Shown here in pieces: positions 9,459 through 18,734 of a stretch of 53,607 nucleotides of DNA (the stretch's first letter is position 1; every line of letters begins with the position of its first letter). The stretch lies in IMG/VR virus record IMGVR_UViG_3300022748_000006, one strand, 5' to 3'. The DNA comes from a virus. The notes under the pieces were generated by a model. That model was not told the DNA's origin, did not search any database, and saw nothing but the letters and a program-made list of their open reading frames with translations. The translations under genes were made by a program, and so were the position numbers.

Positions 9459-9474
9459 TTAGGAGTACCAGAAA

Positions 9475-10389
9475 ATGGCAGCCCCAATGCGCAGTACGGA
9501 CTTTCGTTCGATTGTTGAACCCATCCTGAATGAGTGCTTCGACGGAGTCTATGACCAACGTGCCGACGAATGGAGCCGTGTGTTCCGTGAAGAAGACGGC
9601 ATTCCTCGCAACTACCACGAAGAACCCGTCCTGTACGGTTTCGGCGCGGCTCCTCAGTTGCCCGACGGCACCCCAGTGACCTACCAACAAGGTGGCGTCC
9701 TGTTCCTGAAGCGCTATGTGTACAAGGTGTATGGCTTGGCCTTCGCCCTGACCAAAGTGCTGGTGGAAGACGGTGACCACATCCGTATCGGCCAAGTGTA
9801 TGCACGCCATCTGGCTCAGTCTCTGGTGGAAACCAAAGAACTGCTGGCCGCAAACGTGCTGAGCACCGCCTTCAACAGCGCCTACCCCGGTGGCGACGGC
9901 GTGTCCCTGATCAACACCGCTCACCCCATCGTGAACGGTACCTTCAGCAACCAGTTGGCCACCGCCGCTGTGCTGTCCCAGACTTCTCTGGAGCAGATGC
10001 TGATTCAGGTTCGCCAAGCTGTTGACAACAACGGCAAGAAGATCCGTCTGGTGCCCCGCCAACTGGTGGTCGCCCCCGGCAACATCTTCCAAGCCGAAGT
10101 TCTGCTGAAGAGCGTTCTTCGCACTGGCAACGCCAACAACGACATCAACCCCGTCAAGTCGATTGGCTTGCTGGACGAAGGTGCCGCTGTTCTGTCGCGT
10201 CTGACCTCGTCCACCGCATGGTGGGTGCAGACTGACGCCCCAGAGGGCTTCAAGCTGCTGATGCGCCGTCGTCTGGAAAAGACCATGGAAGGTGACTTCG
10301 AAACCGACTCCATGCGCTACAAAGCGACTGAGCGTTACGACGTGGGCTACACAGATCCACGTTGCGCTTACGGTACCCCCGGTATCTAA
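9475..10389 (+). CDS. Major capsid protein (HK97-fold type)
   Basis: 304-aa ORF with a strong RBS (TTAGGAG), followed by the strongest intrinsic terminator in the window. Sequence pattern and length are typical of small HK97-like coat proteins. Confidence 0.8.
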   Translation: MAAPMRSTDFRSIVEPILNECFDGVYDQRADEWSRVFREEDGIPRNYHEEPVLYGFGAAPQLPDGTPVTYQQGGVLFLKRYVYKVYGLAFALTKVLVEDGDHIRIGQVYARHLAQSLVETKELLAANVLSTAFNSAYPGGDGVSLINTAHPIVNGTFSNQLATAAVLSQTSLEQMLIQVRQAVDNNGKKIRLVPRQLVVAPGNIFQAEVLLKSVLRTGNANNDINPVKSIGLLDEGAAVLSRLTSSTAWWVQTDAPEGFKLLMRRRLEKTMEGDFETDSMRYKATERYDVGYTDPRCAYGTPGI

Positions 10390-10397
10390 GCAAAGCA

Positions 10398-10425
10398 GGG
10401 GTGGAGTCCGACTCCACCCCTTTTT
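10398..10425 (+). terminator. Intrinsic terminator after the capsid gene, built on the genome-wide palindrome
   Basis: GGGGTGGAGTCCGACTCCACCCC followed by TTTTT, 9 nt after the capsid stop. Confidence 0.85.
10401..10417. repeat. Palindrome GTGGAGTCCGACTCCAC (17/17)
   Basis: Forms the core of the terminator stem. Confidence 0.95.
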
Positions 10426-10458
10426 CAAATCTCGTCAAACTTTTCATGGAGAAAGACG

Positions 10459-11427
10459 ATGCCTCAATTTTCTGATGACCTTTTCCTTGGCCCAGCAGTT
10501 ACCTACATGGGTACTGGTCTGAACCAAACCGAAGCTGTCGTGACTGGTTCCGTAACTGGCACCGTGATGACGGTTACATCCATTCTTTCCGGTGAACCCC
10601 TGACTATTGGCCAATATGTTGGCGGCACGGGCATTACCGCAGGCTCATACATCACATCGTTTGGCACAGCCAGCGGTGGTTTGGGCACATACAACCTGAG
10701 CGCCTCTTCTTCGGCCACAGGTTCGATCACCATCACCGCTTCTGGTGACGGTACGCTGGGTGACCCATCCCCCATGGATCTGGGTGTTGGCCCTCTGGGT
10801 CGCGTGTATGTCTGGGATTGCGTGCCACAAACACTGCAGACCGCAAACATTGCCGCTTCGCAGACAGCCTCTGGCGCTGGCGCTTTGGTTCTGACTGCCG
10901 GAACATCGGCCAAGTCGATTGTTCGTGCAGACGGCACAACCGTGGTTCAATTGAACACACCCCGCGCTCTGCAAGTCAACACTTCGACCACAGCCCGTGC
11001 GGTGACCATCAGCGGCTACGATTATTTTGGTCAGGCAATGACCGAGACGATCACCGTGGCCACCGCTGGTACACCCGTCAACGGCAAAAAGGCTTTCTTC
11101 CAGATTTCCGGTGCAACAATCAGCGGTTCCGCAACTGCTGTGACCATCGGTACAACCGACATCCTTGGCCTGCCAGTGCGCTGCATTGACGCTGGTTATG
11201 TTGTGAAAGTCGGTTGGAACAACACGTTGGCTCAAGACGCAGGCACTTTTGTTGCTGCAGACATGACCAACCCTGCGACATCGACCACTGGCGATGTGCG
11301 TGGCACCTACACGCCCTCCAGCGCCTCCAACGGCGTCAAGCGTCTGGTGATGACGATTGCAATCCCTGCAATTGCGTGCGGCCCCAATGCAACTCGCACT
11401 GGTGCTCTTGGCGTAACTCAAGCCTAA
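10459..11427 (+). CDS. Virion structural protein, function unknown
   Basis: 322-aa Thr/Gly/Ser/Ala-rich ORF with a GGAGAA RBS in the structural module. Confidence 0.7.
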   Translation: MPQFSDDLFLGPAVTYMGTGLNQTEAVVTGSVTGTVMTVTSILSGEPLTIGQYVGGTGITAGSYITSFGTASGGLGTYNLSASSSATGSITITASGDGTLGDPSPMDLGVGPLGRVYVWDCVPQTLQTANIAASQTASGAGALVLTAGTSAKSIVRADGTTVVQLNTPRALQVNTSTTARAVTISGYDYFGQAMTETITVATAGTPVNGKKAFFQISGATISGSATAVTIGTTDILGLPVRCIDAGYVVKVGWNNTLAQDAGTFVAADMTNPATSTTGDVRGTYTPSSASNGVKRLVMTIAIPAIACGPNATRTGALGVTQA

Positions 11428-11439
11428 TAGGAGGCCGAT

Positions 11440-12720
11440 ATGGGTCAATTTAAGCCAATGGTCAAAATGATGACCGACGAGCCTTCAGTCATTCTGAAGC
11501 TCAAAAAAGGCGGTAAGGTGCATCACAAGGAGCACCACAAGCACCACGAGGAGCATGGCCACAAGTCCATGCACCACGCTCATGGTGGCTCCATGCACGG
11601 CGCTCATGAGGCTTTTGAAGCCGAGCACGGCCACGCCCCCAAGAAGCCTTCCATGGCTGAACGCCGCAAAGCCATGAACCCCAACTTGTACAAGAAGGGT
11701 GGCAAGGTTGAGGCTGAACTGCACAAGGTCGAGAAAGAACTCAAGCACCACGAGCATGAGAAGGCCAGCAAGGCTCATCATGGCCTGAAGAAGGGCGGCA
11801 AAGTCCATCACAAGGCTTCTGGTGGCGAAATCGACCGCGACGAGACCCGCACAACCATCAAAGGCGACGAGAAGAAATTCGAGCGCACCAAGGTGGTTGA
11901 TGGTTCCAAGCACGACAAGCACCATGGTACTGGCGCGATCAAGGAAGGCAAACCTGCTGGCTTCAAGCATGGCGGCCACGCCAAGCATCACAAAGCCACT
12001 GGCGGCGCTATTCCTGCCGACACCCATGAAAAGGTGAACAAGGGCAAGGTCAAGATGCACGGCACCATTGAAGGCAACGAGCACGATTACCTTGAGACAC
12101 AAATGCACCAAGCCAAGCGCGACAAAGCGCACGGCACTGGCGGCATCAAGGAGTCAAATGCTGGTGGCTTCAAGCATGGCGGCAAGATCCACCACAAAGC
12201 TCACGGCGGCAAAGTGCCCGGTATCGGTCGTGCAATTGAAAACGATGGCGACTGGGAAAACCGTCCTGCTGACACGTCAAAAGCTGGAAAAATGAATGGC
12301 ACCACTGGTGGCGTTCGTGAGTCCAATGCTGGCGGTTACAAGCGCGGTGGTTCCGCAAAAAAGCATTTTGCCACGGGGGGTAATGTTGTCGACGACGGCA
12401 AGGCAGTAAAAATGCCGAAGCACTTCGTCAGCCAACCCGTGGCAAACAGCTTGCAGTCTGGCACCTTCAAGCGTGGCGGCAAAGTTGCACGCAAAGCTGA
12501 GGGCGGTGATATGTCTGGCGGTGCTTATGACCGCTGGCGCAAAGGTGAGAGGGAAGAAAACGAAGCCATGCGCGAAAGCATCCTTGGTGCCCCCAAGCGT
12601 GCATTCAACGCTGTCAAGGACTTGTTCAGTTCCCCCAAGCCTCCAGAAGGTAGCGTGACGAAGACCAAAGAGTCGACGACGATTGCTCCTGTGGGTCGCA
12701 AGCGCGGCGGCAAGTGCTAA
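11440..12720 (+). CDS. His/Lys/Gly-rich repeat protein
   Basis: 426-aa ORF with an AGGAGG RBS. It carries repeated (L/Y/F)K(K/H/R)GG and KAxGG units and three units of about 60 aa (HGTGxIKE..GFKHGG..HHKAxGG). Hand count is about 41 His. Confidence 0.8.
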   Translation: MGQFKPMVKMMTDEPSVILKLKKGGKVHHKEHHKHHEEHGHKSMHHAHGGSMHGAHEAFEAEHGHAPKKPSMAERRKAMNPNLYKKGGKVEAELHKVEKELKHHEHEKASKAHHGLKKGGKVHHKASGGEIDRDETRTTIKGDEKKFERTKVVDGSKHDKHHGTGAIKEGKPAGFKHGGHAKHHKATGGAIPADTHEKVNKGKVKMHGTIEGNEHDYLETQMHQAKRDKAHGTGGIKESNAGGFKHGGKIHHKAHGGKVPGIGRAIENDGDWENRPADTSKAGKMNGTTGGVRESNAGGYKRGGSAKKHFATGGNVVDDGKAVKMPKHFVSQPVANSLQSGTFKRGGKVARKAEGGDMSGGAYDRWRKGEREENEAMRESILGAPKRAFNAVKDLFSSPKPPEGSVTKTKESTTIAPVGRKRGGKC

Positions 12721-12727
12721 GTAAGGT

Positions 12728-12750
12728 GGGGGCTTCGGCCCCCGCTTTTT
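12728..12750 (+). terminator. Intrinsic terminator
   Basis: GGGGGC-TTCG-GCCCCC followed by GCTTTTT, just after the 12720 stop. Confidence 0.85.
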
Positions 12751-12761
12751 AAGGAAACATC

Positions 12762-13511
12762 ATGACAGCAACAGTCTCTTCAATTACCCGTGCTGGCACG
12801 TTTGAGCCATTTGATCTTCAGATTCCTCGCTCTGAGATTTATGGTCACAGCACTGTGAACATTTACGGTTTTCAGTCTGCAGTCACCACGACTCAAATCC
12901 CCCTGTGGGAGAACGCAACAGCGTACACATTCCCCAGTTCGGCTGTGGTAATGACGCTGGCAAGCTCTTCGGCATCCGACACCGCCGTCACCATCACCAT
13001 CAACGGTTTGGACTCCGGCTACAACCAGATTTCCGAAGTGGTTGCGTTGAACGGCACGACAGGTGTGAACACCACCAAATCGTATTTGCGCATCAACAGC
13101 CTGATCACAACTTCCGGCAATGCCGTGGGCAACGTGACAGCCAAGAACGGCGGCACAACATATGCTCAGATCAATGCTGGCTTTGGTCGTTCGCTGATGT
13201 CAATCTACACCGTGCCCAACGGTTTTGACTTCTACCTCGCCCGAGTGGATGCCAACTCTTCGTTCAACGGCAACAACCTGAACTATCTGTTTTATCAAAA
13301 CAGCAGCGTCAACAGCGCTGGCGTGTCAATCGTGACCACCAAGGCACCATTCACCGCTGGCTATTCAGTGCGTCGCGTGATGCCTCGCAAGTATTCTGGC
13401 AAGACCGACCTGCAGTTCTTGTTCAACACCAGCGCCAGCACCGCTGCTGTGAACGTGGGCATCGAGGGTTACTTGATCCAGTCTGATGTGACAACAAACG
13501 TGACTCCGTGA
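12762..13511 (+). CDS. Virion structural protein, function unknown
   Basis: 249-aa ORF with an AAGGAA RBS and beta-rich Asn/Thr/Ser composition. Confidence 0.7.
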   Translation: MTATVSSITRAGTFEPFDLQIPRSEIYGHSTVNIYGFQSAVTTTQIPLWENATAYTFPSSAVVMTLASSSASDTAVTITINGLDSGYNQISEVVALNGTTGVNTTKSYLRINSLITTSGNAVGNVTAKNGGTTYAQINAGFGRSLMSIYTVPNGFDFYLARVDANSSFNGNNLNYLFYQNSSVNSAGVSIVTTKAPFTAGYSVRRVMPRKYSGKTDLQFLFNTSASTAAVNVGIEGYLIQSDVTTNVTP

Positions 13512-13518
13512 GGCCAAC

Positions 13519-14070
13519 ATGCCGTTGATCAAGTCAAAATCTGACAAAGCGTTCAAAAAGAACATCACCACTGAAGTGAAAGCTGGCAAGCCTGTTAAGC
13601 AGGCCGTGGCCATCGCGTACAGCACCAAGCGTGCTGCGAAGAAGGCCATGGGCGGCTCCATGGATGACGATGCACCTGCACGCACCCGGTACCGTCCTGC
13701 GCCGGATGCACGCCACTATGACAGCGACATCGACTACTACAACGCCAACCGTGGCAGCGATGACGACGGCGAAGAGATGGACAACACTCCAAACCGAGTG
13801 GTTAAAGCAGACCAGCGCCGTCTGAAGCAATACCACAAGGCTGTCGGAGACCTTTCCAAAAAGTTTTATGCAGCCAAAAAGTCTGGCGACGAAGAGGCTT
13901 TGAAGAAGGTAAAAGACCGATGGGGTCGTGTCCAACTCAGCAAGACGCTGCAAAGCTATGCCAAGATGCCACCCATGGCGGAGAAGGCTCGTAAAGACTG
14001 GTCTGAAAAGATTGGCGGCGGCAAACCTGCACCGTTTAAGTCTGGCGGCAAAGCCAAGTCAAGCTGGTGA
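13519..14070 (+). CDS. Basic Lys-rich protein (possible internal/DNA-associated protein)
   Basis: 183 aa. N-terminal KPVKQAVAIAYSTKR-type motif, an acidic middle and a C-terminal FKSGGKAK. Confidence 0.65.
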   Translation: MPLIKSKSDKAFKKNITTEVKAGKPVKQAVAIAYSTKRAAKKAMGGSMDDDAPARTRYRPAPDARHYDSDIDYYNANRGSDDDGEEMDNTPNRVVKADQRRLKQYHKAVGDLSKKFYAAKKSGDEEALKKVKDRWGRVQLSKTLQSYAKMPPMAEKARKDWSEKIGGGKPAPFKSGGKAKSSW

Positions 14071-14073
14071 GCC

Positions 14074-14595
14074 ATGAAAAAAGGTCTGTACGACATGACG
14101 AAAACCTGCTTCAAATGTAAAGAAAGCAAATCGCATGATTTGTTTTTTAAACACGCGCAGACTTCAGACGGGCTTCACAGTTGGTGTAAAGAGTGCTGCA
14201 CAGGCGGGAATAAACGATCACAGGAAAAACTAAATTCAACTATTGAAGGCCGCGCACGGGTATTTTTGCAAAACGCAAAAAAAAGCGCAGTCAAACGCCA
14301 GCAGGTTTTTGCATTGTCCGTTGAAGATGTTGTGAAGTGTTGGCGTCAACAAGGCAAAATTTGCGCGTATAGCGGTCGTGAAATGTCGTTAGAAGCTGGG
14401 CGCTTGAATACGGTATCAATTGAGAGAATAGACAGCAAAGTTGGCTACACACCAGAAAACACAGTTTTGGTTTGCCAAGCCATCAACCGAATGAAGTCTG
14501 ACTTTTCTTACGAAGATTTTTTTGAAATGTGTAAAGATGTGTCCATGTTTTTGGGCGACGAAAATCTTAACCTTGCCGTTGGGGGCTTCAAATGA
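14074..14595 (+). CDS. HNH-type homing endonuclease-like protein (free-standing)
   Basis: 173 aa. N-terminal CxxC..CxxCC zinc ribbon plus SIERIDSKVGYTPENTVLVCQAINRMK. The gene is conspicuously AT-rich (21 G+C in 14101..14160 by hand count) within a GC-richer module. Confidence 0.75.
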   Translation: MKKGLYDMTKTCFKCKESKSHDLFFKHAQTSDGLHSWCKECCTGGNKRSQEKLNSTIEGRARVFLQNAKKSAVKRQQVFALSVEDVVKCWRQQGKICAYSGREMSLEAGRLNTVSIERIDSKVGYTPENTVLVCQAINRMKSDFSYEDFFEMCKDVSMFLGDENLNLAVGGFK

Positions 14596-14987
14596 CCAAA
14601 CCTAAAGGCTTGTATGCTGCAATCCACGCCAAGCAGGAGCGAATTGCTGCGGGTTCTGGTGAGCGCATGCGCAAGCCGGGCAGCAAGGGTGCTCCCACGG
14701 CCAAAGCCTTCAAGGAAGCCGCCAAAACGGCCAAGATGAAAGATGGCGGCCCCAGTTTGGCCGTTGGCCGTGGCGAGAAGCTGCCAGCCTCAGAAGGTGC
14801 TGGTCTGACCGCCAAAGGCCGGGCAAAATACAACCGTGAGACTGGATCGCATTTGAAGGCTCCACAGCCTCAAGGCGGTGCCCGTCGTGACTCTTTTTGC
14901 GCCAGAATGGAGCCTGTGGCGGAAAAGAGCGAAAAAGGCAGTCGGGCGCGTGCATCCATGCAGCGCTGGTCATGTCCGGGTTGGTAG
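14592..14987 (+). CDS. Basic conserved-type phage protein, function unknown
   Basis: 131 aa with an ATGA overlap on the HNH gene. Motifs: GLYAAIHAKQERIAAGSGERMRKPGSKGAPT and GLTAKGRAKYNRETGSHLKAP. Confidence 0.65.
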   Translation: MTKPKGLYAAIHAKQERIAAGSGERMRKPGSKGAPTAKAFKEAAKTAKMKDGGPSLAVGRGEKLPASEGAGLTAKGRAKYNRETGSHLKAPQPQGGARRDSFCARMEPVAEKSEKGSRARASMQRWSCPGW

Positions 14988-15010
14988 TCGATCAAATGGA
15001 GAAATGGTAA

Positions 15011-16081
15011 ATGGCGTATTCAGGAACAGTCGGTCAGACCGTTGTCACGGTTCAAAACTTCATTGATCAGGGTGCTCGTCATTCGGGCAAGCTGGCCGAA
15101 GAGTTGACCGTGGAACAGGTGCAAGCGTCCAAGCAAGCCCTGTTCTTCATCCTGAGCAACTTGATCAACCAAGGCATCAACTACTGGGCCATCGAAAAGA
15201 AGGTCTATGGCCTCCAACCCGACCAGTACGAGTACTTGCTGCCCGTGGGCGGCAACGACGTTCTGAACGCCTTGTATCGCACCTTGACACGCCCAACGCC
15301 TGCTGCAGGCGGAAGCTATTTCTCATCGTCCGGCGTCACTGGTCTAGCCTTTGACAACAACGTCCTGACGTCCGATGCGCAGACAAGCCCCAACGGCTAC
15401 ATCGGCATCAACTATGGCCTGAACAACCCCATCTACGCTGGCTCGATTGGTATCTTGCCTGCCACGTCTGGCTCGTTCCACATTTTGCTGGAGTGGTCGA
15501 GCGATGGCGTGACATGGAATTTGCTGGAAGACACTGGCGTCACCACATGGGTGAGTGGACAGTGGCTTTGGTACGACATCGACCCGGGCGTCACCGCGCA
15601 GTACTACCGCATGCGTGAGATTGGTGGCGGCACGCTGAACGTGGCCGAGTTCTACGTTGGCAACAACTCCACTGAAGTCACCATGGCTCGTTTGAACCGT
15701 GACGACTACACGAACCTGCCCAACAAGAATTTCTTGGCCAACCAGCCATACCAATACTGGCTGAACCGCACGATCCCTCAGGCCAAGATCACGCTGTGGC
15801 CAGCGCCGTCAGATCCATTCGTTCAAATGACGATTTGGTACTCGCGCCAAGTGATGGACGTTGGTGACCTGAGTGGCCAACTGGAGATCCCCCAGTACGC
15901 CAACCAAGCCATTCAGATGATGCTGTCTCATCAGATGAGCCTTCTGCTGCCCGGCGTGGATTTGCAGCGCATCCAGTACCTTGAAGGCCAAGCCGAGAAG
16001 TATTTCATCATGATGGAGAACGAGAACCGGGACAAGTCTCCGATCTACTTCGCCCCGAACATTTCTGTATACACAAGGTAA
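15011..16081 (+). CDS. Putative adaptor/gatekeeper (T7 gp11-like) with an inserted beta-sandwich-like domain
   Basis: 356 aa. The N- and C-terminal segments resemble the tail tubular A layout. The central segment SSDGVTWNLL..YYRMR looks like a discoidin-type insert. Assigned by eye only. Confidence 0.45.
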   Translation: MAYSGTVGQTVVTVQNFIDQGARHSGKLAEELTVEQVQASKQALFFILSNLINQGINYWAIEKKVYGLQPDQYEYLLPVGGNDVLNALYRTLTRPTPAAGGSYFSSSGVTGLAFDNNVLTSDAQTSPNGYIGINYGLNNPIYAGSIGILPATSGSFHILLEWSSDGVTWNLLEDTGVTTWVSGQWLWYDIDPGVTAQYYRMREIGGGTLNVAEFYVGNNSTEVTMARLNRDDYTNLPNKNFLANQPYQYWLNRTIPQAKITLWPAPSDPFVQMTIWYSRQVMDVGDLSGQLEIPQYANQAIQMMLSHQMSLLLPGVDLQRIQYLEGQAEKYFIMMENENRDKSPIYFAPNISVYTR

Positions 16082-16084
16082 TAA

Positions 16085-16426
16085 ATGCCACGGTTCCTCA
16101 ACACCGAAGGCAATGCATCAATCGCAATTTTTATTTGCGACCGATGCCGCATGAAGCGGCCTATCATCGAGGCGATGCCTGACCCCAACTTTAGTGGCCT
16201 CAAAGTCTGCCAACAAGGTTGTGCAGATCAAAAAGACCCGTACCGACTGCCTGCACGCAAGACAGAACGGATCGCATTGCAGTATCCTCGTCCAGATGTC
16301 AGCGTTGCCGTAGATCCAAACCAGATTGTGACCACGCCATATGGTGGTGAGGTGCTCAGTACGGAGCAAAATACGGACAATCCAGAGAACGACGGCAACA
16401 ACAGCACCATCAAATTGCAGCCCTGA
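16085..16426 (+). CDS. Small Cys-containing virion-module protein
   Basis: 113-aa ORF with CDRC..CQQGC motifs, immediately upstream of the tail fibre. Confidence 0.6.
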   Translation: MPRFLNTEGNASIAIFICDRCRMKRPIIEAMPDPNFSGLKVCQQGCADQKDPYRLPARKTERIALQYPRPDVSVAVDPNQIVTTPYGGEVLSTEQNTDNPENDGNNSTIKLQP

Positions 16427-16427
16427 G

Positions 16428-18725
16428 ATGTCTTCACAAGTCACCATCACCCAACTTCCACAGGCTCTGCCCCTTTCCGGGCTGGAGTCTGTGCCGATTG
16501 TCCAAAATGGTGTCACTGTCCAGACCACCACGGGCCAAATTGCGGGTTCTCCGAACCTCCAGCAGACGTTTCTGACCGTCAACCGAGAGACATCGCTGCC
16601 AAACAGCCGATATTTCGGTGTTGGATCGGGTCTGAGTCTCGCCGACAACGGCGCTCAAAGCAATTTGGTGTTGAATTTGACCGGGGCGGTGCCGTCCTTG
16701 AACGCAAGTGGAGTCGGACTCCAAGTCAAGACGAACGCAAATACGCTTGTAGGACGCAATTTGGCCGTTGGGAGTGGTCTGGGTATCACCAACGCCGATG
16801 GAGTGCTTGGAAACCCCACCATATCCCTTGGGACGACCCTTGCCAACGTGGCGGCGCTATCAGGGACGGGCATGCTGGCCATCAATGGCACGAATTTCAC
16901 GCCATTGACGCTTGCCGGGGTCTCTGGACAGGTCGTTGTGACCAATGGAAATGGTGCTGCAGGCGCTCCGACGTTTGGGCTGGCCACCACAGCGGTCACC
17001 CCGGGCACGTATTCGTCCGCGACATTCACCGTTGACGCCTATGGGCGCTTGACGTCAGCCACAAGCGGTGTTGCCGGGGGCGTGACGTTCTTCAGCGGCG
17101 GCACAACTGGCCTGACTCCAGCCACGCCAACTGCTGGATCGATCACCTTGGGCGGTGTTTTGGTGGTGGCCAATGGCGGCACTGGTGCCTCGACCCTGAC
17201 TGGATACGTCAAGGGCAACGGCACATCGGCGATGACTGCCTCGACGACGGTTCCTACCACGGATCTGAGTGGAACCATCTCCAATACCCAATTGGCCAAC
17301 TCGTCTATCGTGATCAATGGTACGACAGTCAGTTTGGGCGGCTCAATCAGCGTGGGCACAGTGACTTCGGTTACGGCCACAGCGCCAGTGGTGTCATCCG
17401 GTGGATCGACACCCGTGATCAGCATGGCCGCAGCCAGTGCAACATCGAACGGATACCTGACGTCGACAGACTGGTCGATATTTAATGGCAAAGGGGCCGG
17501 ATCGGTGACCTCTGTGGGTGGCACGGGGACGGTCAGCGGCATCACTTTAACTGGCACCGTCACCACCACCGGAAACTTGACACTGGGCGGGACTTTGGCC
17601 GTGACGCCATCGAACTTCTCAACTCAGACGGCCAACTATGTGTTGGCAGGGCCAACAACTGGTGCGGCAGCCACTCCAACATTTCGGGCTTTGGTGGCCG
17701 CAGACATCCCCGCGCTTCCATATGGCACGGGCACAGTTACGAACGTGTCGGCGCTCACAATTGGAACGACTGGCACTGACCTGAGTTCGACTGTTGCCAA
17801 CAGCACGACAACACCAGTCATTACGCTGAACGTGCCCACAGCATCCGCAACGAACCGTGGAGCCTTGAGTGCTGCTGATTGGACGACGTTCAACAACAAG
17901 CAACCCGCTGGGTCTTATCTCACTGCAGTGTCTGTTGCATCTGCAAATGGGTTTGCAGGCACATCAAGCGGCGGATTGACTCCAGCCTTGACGCTGTCCA
18001 CGTCAATTTCTGGTTTGCTGTTTGGCAACGGTACCGCTCTGGCTGCCGCAACGATCAGTGCGCCCTTGGCGTACTCTGCTGGTACCTTGAGCATCACTCA
18101 GGCCACCACCAGCACAAACGGCTATCTGAGCAGCACAGACTGGAACACGTTCAACAACAAGCAGCCTGCAGGCGCATACTTGACTGCGGTGACAGCAGAT
18201 GCACCCCTGACAGGATCTGGCACGTCTGCAAGTCATTTGAGCATGCCTGCAGCCACTTCGCTGGTGAGCGGATATTTGACGTCGACAGACTGGAACACAT
18301 TCAACAGCAAGGGTTCTGGGTCTGTGACTTCTGTGGCGGCGACTGTGCCGTCCTTCTTGTCGATTTCCGGCAGTCCAATCACTACCAGTGGAACCTTGGC
18401 CATCACCTACTCGGGTACGGCGCTGCCTGTTGCAAACGGCGGAACTGGAGCAACAACACTGTCTGGTCTGGCCTATGGGAATGGCACGAGCGCATTCACG
18501 GCGGCAACTGCGGCTCAAGTCGTTTCGGTGATCGGAACAACTGCGGTCACGAATGCCACCAATGCCACCAACACGGCGATCACGGCAAACTCCACCAACG
18601 CAACCAACTACCTGACTTTTGTCAGTGCCACTACCGGAAATCTCCCTCCGTTGGTAAACTCTTCGATAACCTGCAACCCCTCTACAGGCCAGATCACTGG
18701 CGGCGTAGCAGGTGGCTCTTTCTAA
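16428..18725 (+). CDS. Tail fibre protein 1
   Basis: ORF track 16341..18725 trimmed to ATG 16428 (MSSQVTITQLPQA..). Repeated G(Y/A)LSxxDWxxFNxK and ANGGTGA motifs. Ends in GGSF. Confidence 0.8.
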   Translation: MSSQVTITQLPQALPLSGLESVPIVQNGVTVQTTTGQIAGSPNLQQTFLTVNRETSLPNSRYFGVGSGLSLADNGAQSNLVLNLTGAVPSLNASGVGLQVKTNANTLVGRNLAVGSGLGITNADGVLGNPTISLGTTLANVAALSGTGMLAINGTNFTPLTLAGVSGQVVVTNGNGAAGAPTFGLATTAVTPGTYSSATFTVDAYGRLTSATSGVAGGVTFFSGGTTGLTPATPTAGSITLGGVLVVANGGTGASTLTGYVKGNGTSAMTASTTVPTTDLSGTISNTQLANSSIVINGTTVSLGGSISVGTVTSVTATAPVVSSGGSTPVISMAAASATSNGYLTSTDWSIFNGKGAGSVTSVGGTGTVSGITLTGTVTTTGNLTLGGTLAVTPSNFSTQTANYVLAGPTTGAAATPTFRALVAADIPALPYGTGTVTNVSALTIGTTGTDLSSTVANSTTTPVITLNVPTASATNRGALSAADWTTFNNKQPAGSYLTAVSVASANGFAGTSSGGLTPALTLSTSISGLLFGNGTALAAATISAPLAYSAGTLSITQATTSTNGYLSSTDWNTFNNKQPAGAYLTAVTADAPLTGSGTSASHLSMPAATSLVSGYLTSTDWNTFNSKGSGSVTSVAATVPSFLSISGSPITTSGTLAITYSGTALPVANGGTGATTLSGLAYGNGTSAFTAATAAQVVSVIGTTAVTNATNATNTAITANSTNATNYLTFVSATTGNLPPLVNSSITCNPSTGQITGGVAGGSF
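16708..16724. repeat. Palindrome copy GTGGAGTCGGACTCCAa (16/17)
   Basis: Inside tail fibre 1, read as SGVGLQ. Confidence 0.9.
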
Positions 18726-18734
18726 GGAAAAATC

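Noticed and set aside
11440-18725. Repetitive DNA in the His-rich gene and the tail fibre genes as a possible CRISPR array or non-coding tandem repeat.
   Set aside because: The repeats are in-frame coding repeats of variable sequence within long ORFs. There are no identical direct repeats separated by unique spacers, and no cas genes.
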